NCBI GenBank assembly: GCA_016930515.1
Contig: JAFGGO010000114.1
Span: forward strand, 32,001 to 96,000
Reading direction: 5' to 3'
DNA: 64,000 nt
DNA from: Promethearchaeota archaeon
Lineage (GTDB): Archaea; Asgardarchaeota; Lokiarchaeia; Sigyniarchaeales; SOKP01
In this document: positions 40,344 through 50,671 of the stretch, one piece after another
Layout of the letters: each line of letters starts with the position of its first letter
Position numbering within the stretch: the stretch's first letter is position 1
Notes under the pieces: generated by a model
Told to the model about the DNA's origin: nothing
The model's input: only the letters and a program-made list of their open reading frames with translations
Database searches by the model: none
Position numbers and translations under genes: made by a program

Positions 40344-42044
40344 TCATTTAAGATAAAATCCCGTGCCAATTTCTTCACCTAGCTCGTCTTCTAAAATTTT
40401 AAGAAAGTATTCGTATTTTTTTTCAAATATCTGGCACGCTTCAGTCCTATAAAAACCGTAGTAGTCCTTTTCGTCTTGAATTATGTTTTTATAAGGATAT
40501 TTGTTCCACTTTTCCGCGCTAAAAGGGACGCTTAAAATCAAGAAGTTCGTCCCCAAATGAGTGCCATTTGCATCCAGAAGGTCCTTGTCCATGTGAAATA
40601 ACTGTATTTGCAGCTTGAGCCTGCCCTTGAGTTTCATCTCGTTTTTGAAGAATCTCTTGAACTCTTTTGAAGGTGTGAGTCTAATGTAAAATTCATTAGA
40701 AGGCGCAAGGTTCGTCCAATATTTTAAACCTCCCAGTGTTGTATCTTCAGATGTTTCTATGAGGTACGGATTTTCGTCAGGGATTATATTTTGTTTCATG
40801 ATATCGTTGATAAGATCAGCCATCTCAATATAATCCATTTGATAATCTGGTTTCTTGGCATACACGCAAAAGATTCTCTCTCCATCCATTTCAGAAGCTA
40901 ATTTTCGTTTTTCCTCCCAATTTATTGGTTTTTCAGGCGGTTTGAAGAGATATTTCGTGGCATGTTCAAGCACATCTTTCCAGCGTCCCTCGTCACCCTT
41001 TCGCACTTCTTCGAGCTCGGGATCAGTTAAGATCTCCTCTACAACATCTAAGATTTTCGGCGTGCATTGCTTATAAAACCACTCTAATTGATATTTTGAA
41101 TTAAAACCAAAAAAACTATCGAATCCCCAAGCAGCGAGGTCAATTATTTCTTTCCAGTCTTCAATGTCCCGATAATTATCCTCCTTAATCATGCTTATGA
41201 ATCTAAAGGTCTTAAGGGCCATTTCATACTCATCTTGATATATTTCAAGATTAAAGGATTCAGTTTCAAAGTCCTCCAAGTTTCCCAATCGAGCAAGTCC
41301 TTCGATGTCCAAGTATTTTTTGATATTACTGCTAATAGTTAACACTTCTAAAGATACAAGACGGTCGAGACCCTCGATTCTGACGATTGGAAGATACTTT
41401 ACATGTAGTCTCTTTAAATTAGTAAGAGAATCAAGATTTTCTAGTTTTGAAATGGGATTTTCGGACAAGTTCAATGTTTCTAGATTCGTCAATTCATCGA
41501 GATTTTCAATACGGGTAAGTTCGTTTCCCCTCAAGTCTAACCATGTTAGTTTGGACAAATGATTGATGTTCTCAATTGCTTTTATTTTATTTTCTTCGAG
41601 TTTTAATTCCTTGAGGTCTTTCAGATTCTCTAGTCCTTCGATTTTTTCGATATCGTTTCCCGAAAGATCAAGATGTTCCAATTTTTTACAATTTTCTAGG
41701 TTAGTAATCTTTTTAATTTTATTATTACTCAGGTCTAAATGCAAGAGATCGCTGAGATGCTGGATTCCCTCAATTTCAGTAATGTTATTATTGCTTAAAT
41801 TAAGACGCTTGAGTTTGATAAGGTTTTCCAAGCCTTTAATTTCTTTTAATTGGTTATCGCTTAAATCGAGATCGCCGATATTTTCACATTGATCGAATCC
41901 CTCTAAGTCCGATATGGACTTTAAATCTACACCATTCACCGATAATTGAAAAAAATGAAATGGTTTATGGACGGGATAAGATTTTCCCTTATATTCGACA
42001 TGATCTCCCAAATTTTTGTCACTAATCTTTATTGATGAATTCAT
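40344..42044 (-). CDS. SDS22-like leucine-rich repeat protein, tandem paralogue
   Basis: Same architecture and C-terminus (GEEIGTGFY) as the adjacent gene. Confidence 0.92.
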   Translation of the reverse strand: MNSSIKISDKNLGDHVEYKGKSYPVHKPFHFFQLSVNGVDLKSISDLEGFDQCENIGDLDLSDNQLKEIKGLENLIKLKRLNLSNNNITEIEGIQHLSDLLHLDLSNNKIKKITNLENCKKLEHLDLSGNDIEKIEGLENLKDLKELKLEENKIKAIENINHLSKLTWLDLRGNELTRIENLDELTNLETLNLSENPISKLENLDSLTNLKRLHVKYLPIVRIEGLDRLVSLEVLTISSNIKKYLDIEGLARLGNLEDFETESFNLEIYQDEYEMALKTFRFISMIKEDNYRDIEDWKEIIDLAAWGFDSFFGFNSKYQLEWFYKQCTPKILDVVEEILTDPELEEVRKGDEGRWKDVLEHATKYLFKPPEKPINWEEKRKLASEMDGERIFCVYAKKPDYQMDYIEMADLINDIMKQNIIPDENPYLIETSEDTTLGGLKYWTNLAPSNEFYIRLTPSKEFKRFFKNEMKLKGRLKLQIQLFHMDKDLLDANGTHLGTNFLILSVPFSAEKWNKYPYKNIIQDEKDYYGFYRTEACQIFEKKYEYFLKILEDELGEEIGTGFYLK

Positions 42045-42139
42045 TTATTGTTTTGATAATAATAAATCTTTTTGATAAAAATAGTTGAAATAACAATTAA
42101 GGGATAATTAGATAAAAGGGAGGAAAAAATAAGCGTGGC

Positions 42140-42367
42140 TTAATTTTTGAGATTTTTTTGTTTCCAAGCACCCAGGAACTCTTTAAATTCGTCCTTGTCG
42201 ATTCCAAGAGAATTAACCCTTTTTTCTTTCTTTGGTTCAACCTTTTCTTGCTGATCATTTAAATTGATCTTGGAAAATTGCATGGACCAGTCGTAATAGG
42301 AACTCGAACTTGCTTGCATTGCTTTTGACATGATTTTAAGTTGTATTAACGGAATAATAAACGACAT
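42140..42367 (-). CDS. Small hypothetical protein
   Basis: 75-aa ORF with ATG start occupying its own intergenic space. Confidence 0.55.
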   Translation of the reverse strand: MSFIIPLIQLKIMSKAMQASSSSYYDWSMQFSKINLNDQQEKVEPKKEKRVNSLGIDKDEFKEFLGAWKQKNLKN

Positions 42368-42568
42368 GAGTGTGAAAATTTTCTAAAACATCTAGGCGCG
42401 ATATTTAATATTTTGTCGTGTTTATTCACTTTTAGAGCGCTTAAACCGGTTTTTAAGCAATAATCGAGTTTTTTTAAAAGCAATATATAACAAACAAGGT
42501 GATAATAACCTTTAAATAAAAGTGCTTGATTACCTACATTTAATCTAAACTTAACGAGCTAAAAATTA

Positions 42569-43105
42569 ATGGCAGAATCAGAACAAGTTAATGTTAAAGA
42601 TTGGATAACGCTCAGTTCGGTCATGATAGGTGCCGTGCTGACCATACTCGCCTTGATCTGGCAAGTACCCCCAGTAGGAGACAAAGCTATCGTTGTTGCA
42701 ACCTATCTCTTGATGATTTCCTTTATTTTTTTTGTCAACTCTGTATCGTGCAATTCGAAAGCAAATTACGAGGCGCGAACGGGAAAAGCATCAGGGAAGG
42801 TCGTGGATCGATTCGTCGCTTTTGCTGAATATTCCTTCGGAATTGGCTTTACTTTCATCATTTGCGGATTTTCGATCCTTGGTTATGGATACCTAATGGG
42901 ATATACAACATCAAGCAACCAATTATTAGCATTGATATTTCCAATCACTTTCATTGTCGTGACCTTGTTTATAATGATGGTATACAACACCCTAAATTCA
43001 GGTTCACCTATTGGAAGCTTGAAGAGAAGTATCTGGTCAATAGTTGAAATCGCTTGCGTTGTTCTTATTGCAATGGATTATTTTGGAGCGATCGTAATTC
43101 CTTAA
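42569..43105 (+). CDS. Membrane protein (about 5 TM)
   Basis: Hydrophobic helices; T-rich terminator-like tract after the stop. Confidence 0.8.
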   Translation: MAESEQVNVKDWITLSSVMIGAVLTILALIWQVPPVGDKAIVVATYLLMISFIFFVNSVSCNSKANYEARTGKASGKVVDRFVAFAEYSFGIGFTFIICGFSILGYGYLMGYTTSSNQLLALIFPITFIVVTLFIMMVYNTLNSGSPIGSLKRSIWSIVEIACVVLIAMDYFGAIVIP

Positions 43106-43211
43106 ACATTTTTTTTTTTAATTTTATTTCTAACATTTTTTAAATTAATGAAGTATAATCAAAGGTACTTATTTTATACGATTAATTATACAACATAATT
43201 ACATATTATAA

Positions 43212-44351
43212 GTGTTTAAGTTGAATATTGATAAAAAAGTCCTGAATAAAGCCGCTAGAACCATCGCTAAGGCGGGAAAGATGCCATTTCCGGTAACTGA
43301 AACGTTTTTAAGCGTATTAGATGTTCTCCTCACGGACGAGCAAGCGAGATTTATTGCTGATGTATTTACAAAACCCTCACTCACATTAGAACAAATTTTG
43401 GAAAAGGTGGATCAAAAATACGATAAAGATGCGATCGTGCAATTGCTTGGTAAATTGTTAAAAGGAGGAATAATTTCTAGCGCCATATCTCAAAGCGCTG
43501 GCGTTCGCGTCTATCGCTTGATGCAACCCGTACCGGGCCTGATGGAATATTCATTGCTGCGTGGCGAAACCACCGAAAAGGAGAAAAAATTGGCGAAATT
43601 ATGGGACAAATTATACAAGGAATTAAGCAAGGGCACTCAAAAAAATTACGATTTCGTAATTCCCCAATACGAAAAAATTCCTGCAATTGATAGGGTTGTT
43701 CCAGTCGAAGAAGAGATAAATCTTGAGAAGATCGGACAAGAAGCAATAACCCCCTTCGAGGAAGTTTCTAAATTCATAGATAAATGCGATGATATTGCCG
43801 TTGCTCATTGTTATTGCCGTCATGAAAAGGACTTACTTGGAGACCCTTGCAAGCTGAATGCACCTAAGAAAAATTGCTTTTTCTTCGATAAAAGCGCAAA
43901 GCATATAATAGAACACGAATTTGGAGAATCAATTAGCAAGGAAGAGGCCAAGAAACTTTTTAAAGAGGCGGAAGATTACGGACTTGTTCACAAGGTCTTT
44001 CACGTGCAAGCTAATCCTGAGGGGAAAGTAGAAGCGATATGCAACTGTTGCAGTTGTTGCTGCGGAACTTTTCACTTATATAGAACGGGTGCAATGCCAT
44101 TCACAACCCTGACTTCTTACATTGCAGAAATAAATCCAGACGAATGCGTGGGATGTAATGCTTGCGTGAACGCTTGTCCTATAGAGGCACTTGAAATACA
44201 CGAAGATAACATTGCATCTCTAATTGAAAATAAATGCATTGGTTGCGGAGTGTGCGTTCACATGTGCCCTCAAGAACCAAAAGCTATTTCGCTGAGAAGG
44301 ACTGGTTTGCGGAGAGTTTTCATTCCACCTCCTAAAATAACTAAAAGCTGA
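43212..44351 (+). CDS. Fe-S protein: N-terminal helical/wHTH-like region, Cys-rich CNCCSCCC motif and 2x[4Fe-4S] ferredoxin domain
   Basis: HCYCR, ICNCCSCCCG, CVGCNACVNACP and CIGCGVCVHMCP motifs. Confidence 0.9.
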   Translation: MFKLNIDKKVLNKAARTIAKAGKMPFPVTETFLSVLDVLLTDEQARFIADVFTKPSLTLEQILEKVDQKYDKDAIVQLLGKLLKGGIISSAISQSAGVRVYRLMQPVPGLMEYSLLRGETTEKEKKLAKLWDKLYKELSKGTQKNYDFVIPQYEKIPAIDRVVPVEEEINLEKIGQEAITPFEEVSKFIDKCDDIAVAHCYCRHEKDLLGDPCKLNAPKKNCFFFDKSAKHIIEHEFGESISKEEAKKLFKEAEDYGLVHKVFHVQANPEGKVEAICNCCSCCCGTFHLYRTGAMPFTTLTSYIAEINPDECVGCNACVNACPIEALEIHEDNIASLIENKCIGCGVCVHMCPQEPKAISLRRTGLRRVFIPPPKITKS

Positions 44352-44615
44352 AAAAGATTTTAAAAGATAAATTCTATTTAGGTTATTTAATACAAGACTG
44401 AATGGATTGGGAACTAGCTCAAAGACCATGTCATCAAAAAAAATTTTGTTTTTCTAATCCATTTACGAATTTTGACATTTCATTTTGGACACAATCGTTT
44501 CTTTGAATTATTTTTATTATTCAATTGGGATGTATAAAATTTCGCTTAGTATTAGAAAAATTACCAGACAACCAAGAATATCAGAAGGAAACTCTGATGA
44601 TAGAAAAAACAATTC

Positions 44616-45263
44616 TTAATATTTTTTAAATATCGTATAAGATCCGAAAACAATAATCCAAGACAGGATTGTTAAATGAGAAATCCATTCAATTAGAGGT
44701 ACCCACGTCACGATGAAAACTAATTGCATTATTCCTGCGAAAAAGAACGGCACGGCAAAATATCTTGGAAACACTAAAGGTTTATCTTGAATGTAATAGC
44801 TATAAATAACGCAATAGGTTGCTGTCCCTAGAAAGCAAACATCTGCAAACACACCGTGAAGCAGAAAAAAAAGGCTTTCTTTTGTTGCTGATAAAGCCAA
44901 GCACACCCCAATCAGTAGGAGAGCAATGTAGGCTACGATATTAGCGTATTTAGCGAGAGTTATCCATCTACTTGGCCCCTGTCTTGATTGAAAGAGGCGT
45001 CCGATATATACGCTAAAAGGCAAGCCCAATATTCCTGACACCATAGCACCGATATTAAAGAACATGAACCCCCTAGGGTTCATTTCTGGAGTACCTAAAT
45101 CGCTAATCATGTATGATAACAGGTTATAATCCTCGGGATAGAATTGTAGGGCAATAATCTCTCCGATCAGCCCTGCTAACATCGATAAGACCCCAAAAAC
45201 GCCTCCAGGCAGTAGGACGAATAATGAATCACCAAACTTGCTTTTACCGTTTACTTGAATCAT
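44616..45263 (-). CDS. DUF998-like membrane protein
   Basis: YNLLSYMISDLG..NPRG..FFN motif and a conserved His in TM4. Likely start is ATG 45263. Confidence 0.75.
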   Translation of the reverse strand: MIQVNGKSKFGDSLFVLLPGGVFGVLSMLAGLIGEIIALQFYPEDYNLLSYMISDLGTPEMNPRGFMFFNIGAMVSGILGLPFSVYIGRLFQSRQGPSRWITLAKYANIVAYIALLLIGVCLALSATKESLFFLLHGVFADVCFLGTATYCVIYSYYIQDKPLVFPRYFAVPFFFAGIMQLVFIVTWVPLIEWISHLTILSWIIVFGSYTIFKKY

Positions 45264-45406
45264 ATACTTGCCTTTAAATGAATTTATATTATAATATGAA
45301 GGAGAAAAATAAGAATAATAAAAAAGGATTAGCATTAAATTTGAATTAATTTATTCTCAGTAAGGATTACTAAATAAAAAAAATCACAACTATAGAAATT
45401 CTTAAA

Positions 45407-45595
45407 TTGTTATCTGATATGCAAGATATTATGATAAAAGTAATGTTTTTTAAAGATCACTACAAGAAAGCTACCAGGCAATTGGAGGAATTTTTATCGT
45501 CTTTTCCACACGATTACGATATGAACAACATAAAAATATCAACATCAGGTCCAGGAGACGTCTTACGAATAGTAGTTCTTTATAAATGGCTCTGA
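45407..45595 (+). CDS. Small hypothetical protein (Cse60-like pattern)
   Basis: IKVMFF...LEEFL...NIKIST...IVVLY beta-alpha-beta-beta pattern. Confidence 0.5.
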   Translation: MLSDMQDIMIKVMFFKDHYKKATRQLEEFLSSFPHDYDMNNIKISTSGPGDVLRIVVLYKWL

Positions 45596-45809
45596 AAAGC
45601 GAATTTATCCAAATATTTTATTTTTTTTCTATTTGCATAAAATGTAAACCTTGACTAATACTTTCTAAAAGTCTTTTCCCCTTTAATCAAAACAACAGTT
45701 CAGTTTATAGCATTATTAATAATTCCAATTATTTCAAGGAAGAGCATCTTGCATTTAATGATTGAATTAATCAGAGTTATTTTAATACAATGAAAAATAG
45801 GTACAAAAT

Positions 45810-46913
45810 ATGGATTTAAAAGAAATTCTTCAAACGATCCTAAACCTCGCAAGCACTCGAGCACCTTCAGGATTAGAGAAAGCAAGAGGAGAGAAGTACA
45901 AGGAAGAAATGTTAAAGATCCTAGAAGTTAAAGACTTGAAAGTACAATCTGATCCTCTTGGAAATTATTACGCGAGGTTAAAAGGAACTTCCGGAAAGAA
46001 AGCCATTGCGATACTAGCACATATTGATGAGATTGGGGGCACCATCCGCAAGATAAAGAAGAACGGTTTCTTGGAATTTTCAAGAAGAGGCGGTTATGAG
46101 GGTAGGTGGTTGGTTTCTCGAAAAATCCTTATATTAAATAAGGAAGGAAAATGGATCAACGGCGTGATTACCGGCAGATCCGCCCATTCAACCCCAGATA
46201 AACTTCGAAAAGGAGAATTCATCGATCCATTAGAGATGGAGATTTACATCGGAGCAAATACGAAAGAGGAGGCCCTAGATGAATATAAGATTCACGTCGG
46301 ATCACCTTTCGTCTTTTCTGGCGAGTTTGGGCTGCTTAACCCGAATATAAATCAAGACATCATTGCAGGATACTCCATGGATAATTTAGCTGCCTTGGCT
46401 TGTCTCGTTGTTTTGACCCAAAAATTAGTTAACGATTTGACGAACGATTTTGGAAATCTCAAGATATCACACGATGTTTACCTGGTCGCAACCACTCGAG
46501 AAGAAATAGGAACGGAGGGTGCCTATTATTTCGTCCGTAACAATCCGATAGAAAAAGTAATTGCTATTGACATTGGTCTGGTTGCAGATTTTTCAAATAG
46601 CGTAAATTCTGACATAAAACTCAAAGGTGGTCCGGTGATCATATGGCAAGAAGGAAGGGGAGGAGGCGTTTTAGATTACAATTTCTGTACCCAACTCATG
46701 AACGTCGCCGAAAAGAACTCACTTCCTTATCAAAACGGAGTGGTTGAGTTTTACGGTTCGGACGCTGGAAAAAGCCAAAAGTGGTTAGGTGTTCCTTCTG
46801 CGTTAATAGGTATCCCCACAATGTTCAGCCACAATGTTCCTGAAGTAAGCACGCTTAGCGGAATTGAGGCAGCAGCAGAGCTTATTTTTCAATATTTAAA
46901 ACGCTTGAAATAA
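45810..46913 (+). CDS. M42 family metallo-aminopeptidase
   Basis: AHIDEIG, MDN, TREEIG, DIG and C-terminal His metal ligands; SDAG motif. Confidence 0.9.
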   Translation: MDLKEILQTILNLASTRAPSGLEKARGEKYKEEMLKILEVKDLKVQSDPLGNYYARLKGTSGKKAIAILAHIDEIGGTIRKIKKNGFLEFSRRGGYEGRWLVSRKILILNKEGKWINGVITGRSAHSTPDKLRKGEFIDPLEMEIYIGANTKEEALDEYKIHVGSPFVFSGEFGLLNPNINQDIIAGYSMDNLAALACLVVLTQKLVNDLTNDFGNLKISHDVYLVATTREEIGTEGAYYFVRNNPIEKVIAIDIGLVADFSNSVNSDIKLKGGPVIIWQEGRGGGVLDYNFCTQLMNVAEKNSLPYQNGVVEFYGSDAGKSQKWLGVPSALIGIPTMFSHNVPEVSTLSGIEAAAELIFQYLKRLK

Positions 46914-46989
46914 ATAATATTTTACTTAAAACCTATTTTATTTTGGATCAATTTTTTTACTTTTAATATCTAACGATAATTTGTTTGAA

Positions 46990-47559
46990 TTAAAATAAAA
47001 ATCTCTCTTTATTTTTACTTGCTTCTTGCAAGTTTTTTTGGAGTCTTTTATAAGTGCTTAATTCTAATTCCTGATACAATCCATCAGATTCTTCGATGCT
47101 TAATTGGTCTAGATATCCTTCCTTGACTAAAAAAGTCATTACATTTAAATTTCCAGCTCTAAACCTTTTCATGATCTCTTGCTTGAATACTTGTTTAGCC
47201 TTTAAATCTCCTGCATTAGAGAGTTTTTTAAGTAATGGAAACGCAAGGTTAGAGTGAAGTATTTGAGTGTTGTAATCGTTTTCGTACCAAGCCTGTAAAT
47301 TCGATGCGTGAGCCCAGAATTCCGTATCAGGCGATATAATAGTTGAAATATCTTCATCAAGCTCAAGAGAACGATCTAATTTGTCAATTTGGACATCAAT
47401 ATTAATTTCATCTAAGGGCGCGGAATTAACTTCGCTTTGCTTTTCTGAAGAATTCATTAAGAGATACTTACATTGCAAGAACCTCCTGTTATTAATATAT
47501 ATTACTGTCTGTTCGTTTTCCAGCTTGAGCTTTAAAATAGGGGTTATCGAGATTTCCAT
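46990..47559 (-). CDS. Stand-alone copy of the N-terminal domain found on Loki-type LRR proteins
   Basis: LKLE...TVIYIN..RFLQCK...EFWAHASNLQAWYENDYNTQILHSNLAFPLLKKL aligns with the N-terminus of 59696..61159. Confidence 0.85.
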   Translation of the reverse strand: MEISITPILKLKLENEQTVIYINNRRFLQCKYLLMNSSEKQSEVNSAPLDEINIDVQIDKLDRSLELDEDISTIISPDTEFWAHASNLQAWYENDYNTQILHSNLAFPLLKKLSNAGDLKAKQVFKQEIMKRFRAGNLNVMTFLVKEGYLDQLSIEESDGLYQELELSTYKRLQKNLQEASKNKERFLF

Positions 47560-47566
47560 CGTGATT

Positions 47567-48253
47567 TCAGGTTCGTTTGGCGATCGTGAGCATTATGATG
47601 TAATCCGCTACTTCTTCGGCGTTGTCAGTAATTGCTTCCATCGCAGATATGCAATTGTGAATTTCGATGGCACTAAATGGATTGACATCGGGATGATTAG
47701 AAACCAAATTTCTATAAACATTGACCTTCAAATCGTCGACCTTATGTTCTAGAAAATTTACTTCTTCCCCTAATTGATGTATCTCTTCTTCTTCTTCTGC
47801 GTGTATCAATCTGTCAACCATTAATGTAAGTTTTTTCACGCAATCTACGGATATATTAGCCATCTTCATTAAATATTCGTGAACATCTTTATGTAACTTT
47901 AAGAAATCGCCATAATTCATGTAAGTAAGGATTCTTGCGCTAGCATTTGCAGCATTAGCGACATCGTCAATTCTCTTAACGAGATGCGTGAGATTCTCTC
48001 TAATTACAACATTTATTTCTGCCTTGGAAAGCCCATTTAGGATATTTCTTCGAATGCCATCGGCTTGATGTTCTAACTCGTTAACCCTAAAGAAAACTTT
48101 CAAAGCCAAGTCAACATCCTTTTCTTCTATCAGAAAGGACAATCCTTTTTCAAATTCCACGACGCATTCTAAAACTTTCTGAGCGTGAATTAACGTCTTG
48201 TTAATTGCGCTTTCTTCATTCCTAGATTTAAACCATTCAAATAAAGAACTCAT
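47567..48253 (-). CDS. DUF47 / PhoU-like phosphate transport regulator
   Basis: LEHQADGIRR, IDDVAN, LEHKVDDL and ITDNAEEVAD motifs. Confidence 0.92.
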   Translation of the reverse strand: MSSLFEWFKSRNEESAINKTLIHAQKVLECVVEFEKGLSFLIEEKDVDLALKVFFRVNELEHQADGIRRNILNGLSKAEINVVIRENLTHLVKRIDDVANAANASARILTYMNYGDFLKLHKDVHEYLMKMANISVDCVKKLTLMVDRLIHAEEEEEIHQLGEEVNFLEHKVDDLKVNVYRNLVSNHPDVNPFSAIEIHNCISAMEAITDNAEEVADYIIMLTIAKRT

Positions 48254-48289
48254 TTTCTATCACTTCATATTATCTTTTTTCATTAGTTT

Positions 48290-49513
48290 TCATTCCAATT
48301 TAAATACTTCCTTTATATATTCTTCTCCGGGATGTTCGAATAAAATTCCCAATTCCTTAGGAAAATAAACGGTTACTTCTGAATTTTCAACAAAATTTTT
48401 ATGAATCTCAGAAGTCGCAAGCGTAGATATGATGATTAATTTTTCCGTTCCATTTAATTTGCAAAGAACTTCAAATCGATAAAAAGCACCCATAAATTTT
48501 CGACGCTGAATCCTACCGAATAATGAATTACGCTTCTCGACCGTGCGGTCTCCTAATCGTATTTTGATGTGATTCGCTCTTACAACTAAGAGTACTTTTG
48601 TACCATGTTCGAACTTTTCATATAGTTCTTTTCTAATATAAGTTGCAATAGGTTTGCTTGGACCCAAATCCACTAGTATCGGATATGAATCTTGTTGTAA
48701 TTCTGCAAAAAATTTATCCCCTCTTTTTGATTTCGAATGGATATCCCAAGTTGGTTCTTGATCTTTCAAGCAGGTACCATCAAAACAATTAATTTCGCTT
48801 AAAAAGTTTGCTACGAATAGGTCGTTTGGCCTGTAATAGATTTCATAAGGAGTTCCGATTTGCATTACCTTTCCTTCGTTAATCACGGCAATCTTATCAG
48901 CAACCATCATGGCTTCTTGTTCTTCATTAGTCACATGTACGACAGTGAGTTGTAATTGAGCTGATTTTGCCATTTGAAGGAGTTCCCTCCTCAAGCTCAT
49001 CCGTAGTCCAGCATCTAATGCTTTTAACGGTTCGTCTAAAATCAACGTTTTTGTTTGCTCCAAATTCATAAGTGCCCTGCAAAGAGCGACTCTTTGTTGC
49101 ATCCCACCGCTCATTTCTTTTGGGAGCGCTTTATTTCTTCCTGTTAATAAAGTCATCATGAGGACTTGCTCGACAATAGTTTTAGTTTGATTTTTATCGC
49201 GAGCGTGCACTCGACTACTATAAGCAATATTGTCATATATTGACATGTGAGGAAAGAGGGCATAATTTTCGAACATAAACCCAATATTTCGTGCGTCTGG
49301 TGCAAGTTTAGTTACATCTTTTCCGTCAAAGTATACTTTTCCTGAATCTGGTTTGATCAAACCAGCAATCAATTTCAATAGAGTAGTTTTGCCAGCTCCT
49401 GTTGGTCCCAGCAAGATGAAATATTCGTTATCCTTAATTTTTAAGGAGACATTGTCAACTGCCTTAATTTTTTTATATGATTTCGAGACACTTCTGAGTT
49501 CTATAGTAACCAT
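48290..49513 (-). CDS. ABC importer ATPase (PotA/MalK-like), H-loop His replaced by Asn
   Basis: GPTGAGKTT, MSGGMQQR, LILDEP, HVTNEE; C-terminal TOBE-like region. Confidence 0.93.
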   Translation of the reverse strand: MVTIELRSVSKSYKKIKAVDNVSLKIKDNEYFILLGPTGAGKTTLLKLIAGLIKPDSGKVYFDGKDVTKLAPDARNIGFMFENYALFPHMSIYDNIAYSSRVHARDKNQTKTIVEQVLMMTLLTGRNKALPKEMSGGMQQRVALCRALMNLEQTKTLILDEPLKALDAGLRMSLRRELLQMAKSAQLQLTVVHVTNEEQEAMMVADKIAVINEGKVMQIGTPYEIYYRPNDLFVANFLSEINCFDGTCLKDQEPTWDIHSKSKRGDKFFAELQQDSYPILVDLGPSKPIATYIRKELYEKFEHGTKVLLVVRANHIKIRLGDRTVEKRNSLFGRIQRRKFMGAFYRFEVLCKLNGTEKLIIISTLATSEIHKNFVENSEVTVYFPKELGILFEHPGEEYIKEVFKLE

Positions 49514-49525
49514 AACAGATCACCT

Positions 49526-50671
49526 TTATATGAGAGATAATTCATTTAATAAGTCTTTTGGAGCTTCATATATATGTATATCGTCCTTATGAATTCCTAC
49601 TAAAAGTGCTTCTCCTGGAGCAAAATTTTCTTCAAATGTGCCAGGTTTAATAGATATAAAAATGTCGCCACTATCCAAGATAAAATAGAACCTCTTTGTC
49701 GCTCCAATAAATCTGGACGATTCGAGCTTGGCGTTAAATATCTGGATCATCTCCCAATCGTGTGGACTAGTTTTAAAATCGTAATCCTTAGGAAATATAT
49801 AAACGTCTTCGTAACGAAATGCAATAACCACATTGCTATCAAGATCGTATTTATTATTCTTATTATTACATACCAAGCTAGGGCCTCCCAACCTAAGCCT
49901 CACATTCATCTGATTTTCATCAAACAATTTTAAAACATATCCCTGGAGAAAGTTGGTTTCTCCTAAAAAATTTGCAACAAATATGCTATTAGGGCGTTCG
50001 TACAGTTCATAAGGTGATCCTTGCTGAAGTATTTTTCCACCTCTCATTATAATGATTTGATCTGCGATGGCCATTGCTTCTTCTTGATTATGCGTAACAT
50101 GAATTGCCGTGAGTCCTAAGTCTTTAATGAGATTCCGTAACTGATGTCGAAAGACATTCGAAACTTTTGGATCTAAGGATCCCAATGGTTCGTCCATTAT
50201 CAGTATTTTTGCCCCAGTTGCAATCGCTCGGGCAATTCCCAACTTTTGTAATCCAGGGTTCCCAAATATTGAGGGAAATTCATCGGTATACTGAGATAGT
50301 TCCACCGTTTTCAAAGCTTCTTCTGCTTTCTTAACAATGACATCGTCAGAATATCCTCGCATTTCCAAGCCAAAGGTCACATTTTCCCAGACGGTGAGAT
50401 GCGTAAATATTTCAAAATTTTGGAATATAAAACCCATATCCCTGTCTTCTGGAGGAATTCCACTCATGTCTTTTCCATCAATCTTAACCACTCCTTTTGT
50501 AGGTTTTTCCAATCCGGCGATCATTCTTAATGTGGTAGTTTTTCCACAACCGCTTGGACCAAGGAGGAAAACAAAATCACCATCTTTTATTGTTAGTGAT
50601 ATATCTTCAACCGCTACTACTTTTCCTTCGTTAAAAGTTTTTGTTATATTCGAAAGTTCTATCATTGGCAT
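49526..50671 (-). CDS. ABC importer ATPase with degenerate signature motif
   Basis: GPSGCGKTT, LIMDEP and HVTHNQ are intact. The signature position reads IFGNPGLQK instead of LSGGQ. Confidence 0.93.
   Translation of the reverse strand: MPMIELSNITKTFNEGKVVAVEDISLTIKDGDFVFLLGPSGCGKTTTLRMIAGLEKPTKGVVKIDGKDMSGIPPEDRDMGFIFQNFEIFTHLTVWENVTFGLEMRGYSDDVIVKKAEEALKTVELSQYTDEFPSIFGNPGLQKLGIARAIATGAKILIMDEPLGSLDPKVSNVFRHQLRNLIKDLGLTAIHVTHNQEEAMAIADQIIIMRGGKILQQGSPYELYERPNSIFVANFLGETNFLQGYVLKLFDENQMNVRLRLGGPSLVCNNKNNKYDLDSNVVIAFRYEDVYIFPKDYDFKTSPHDWEMIQIFNAKLESSRFIGATKRFYFILDSGDIFISIKPGTFEENFAPGEALLVGIHKDDIHIYEAPKDLLNELSLI

Noticed and set aside
39600-41900. Repeated DNA as a CRISPR array or diversity-generating retroelement
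   Set aside because: The repeats are coding LRR units and paralogue similarity. There is no spacer structure, reverse transcriptase or adenine-specific TR/VR pattern.
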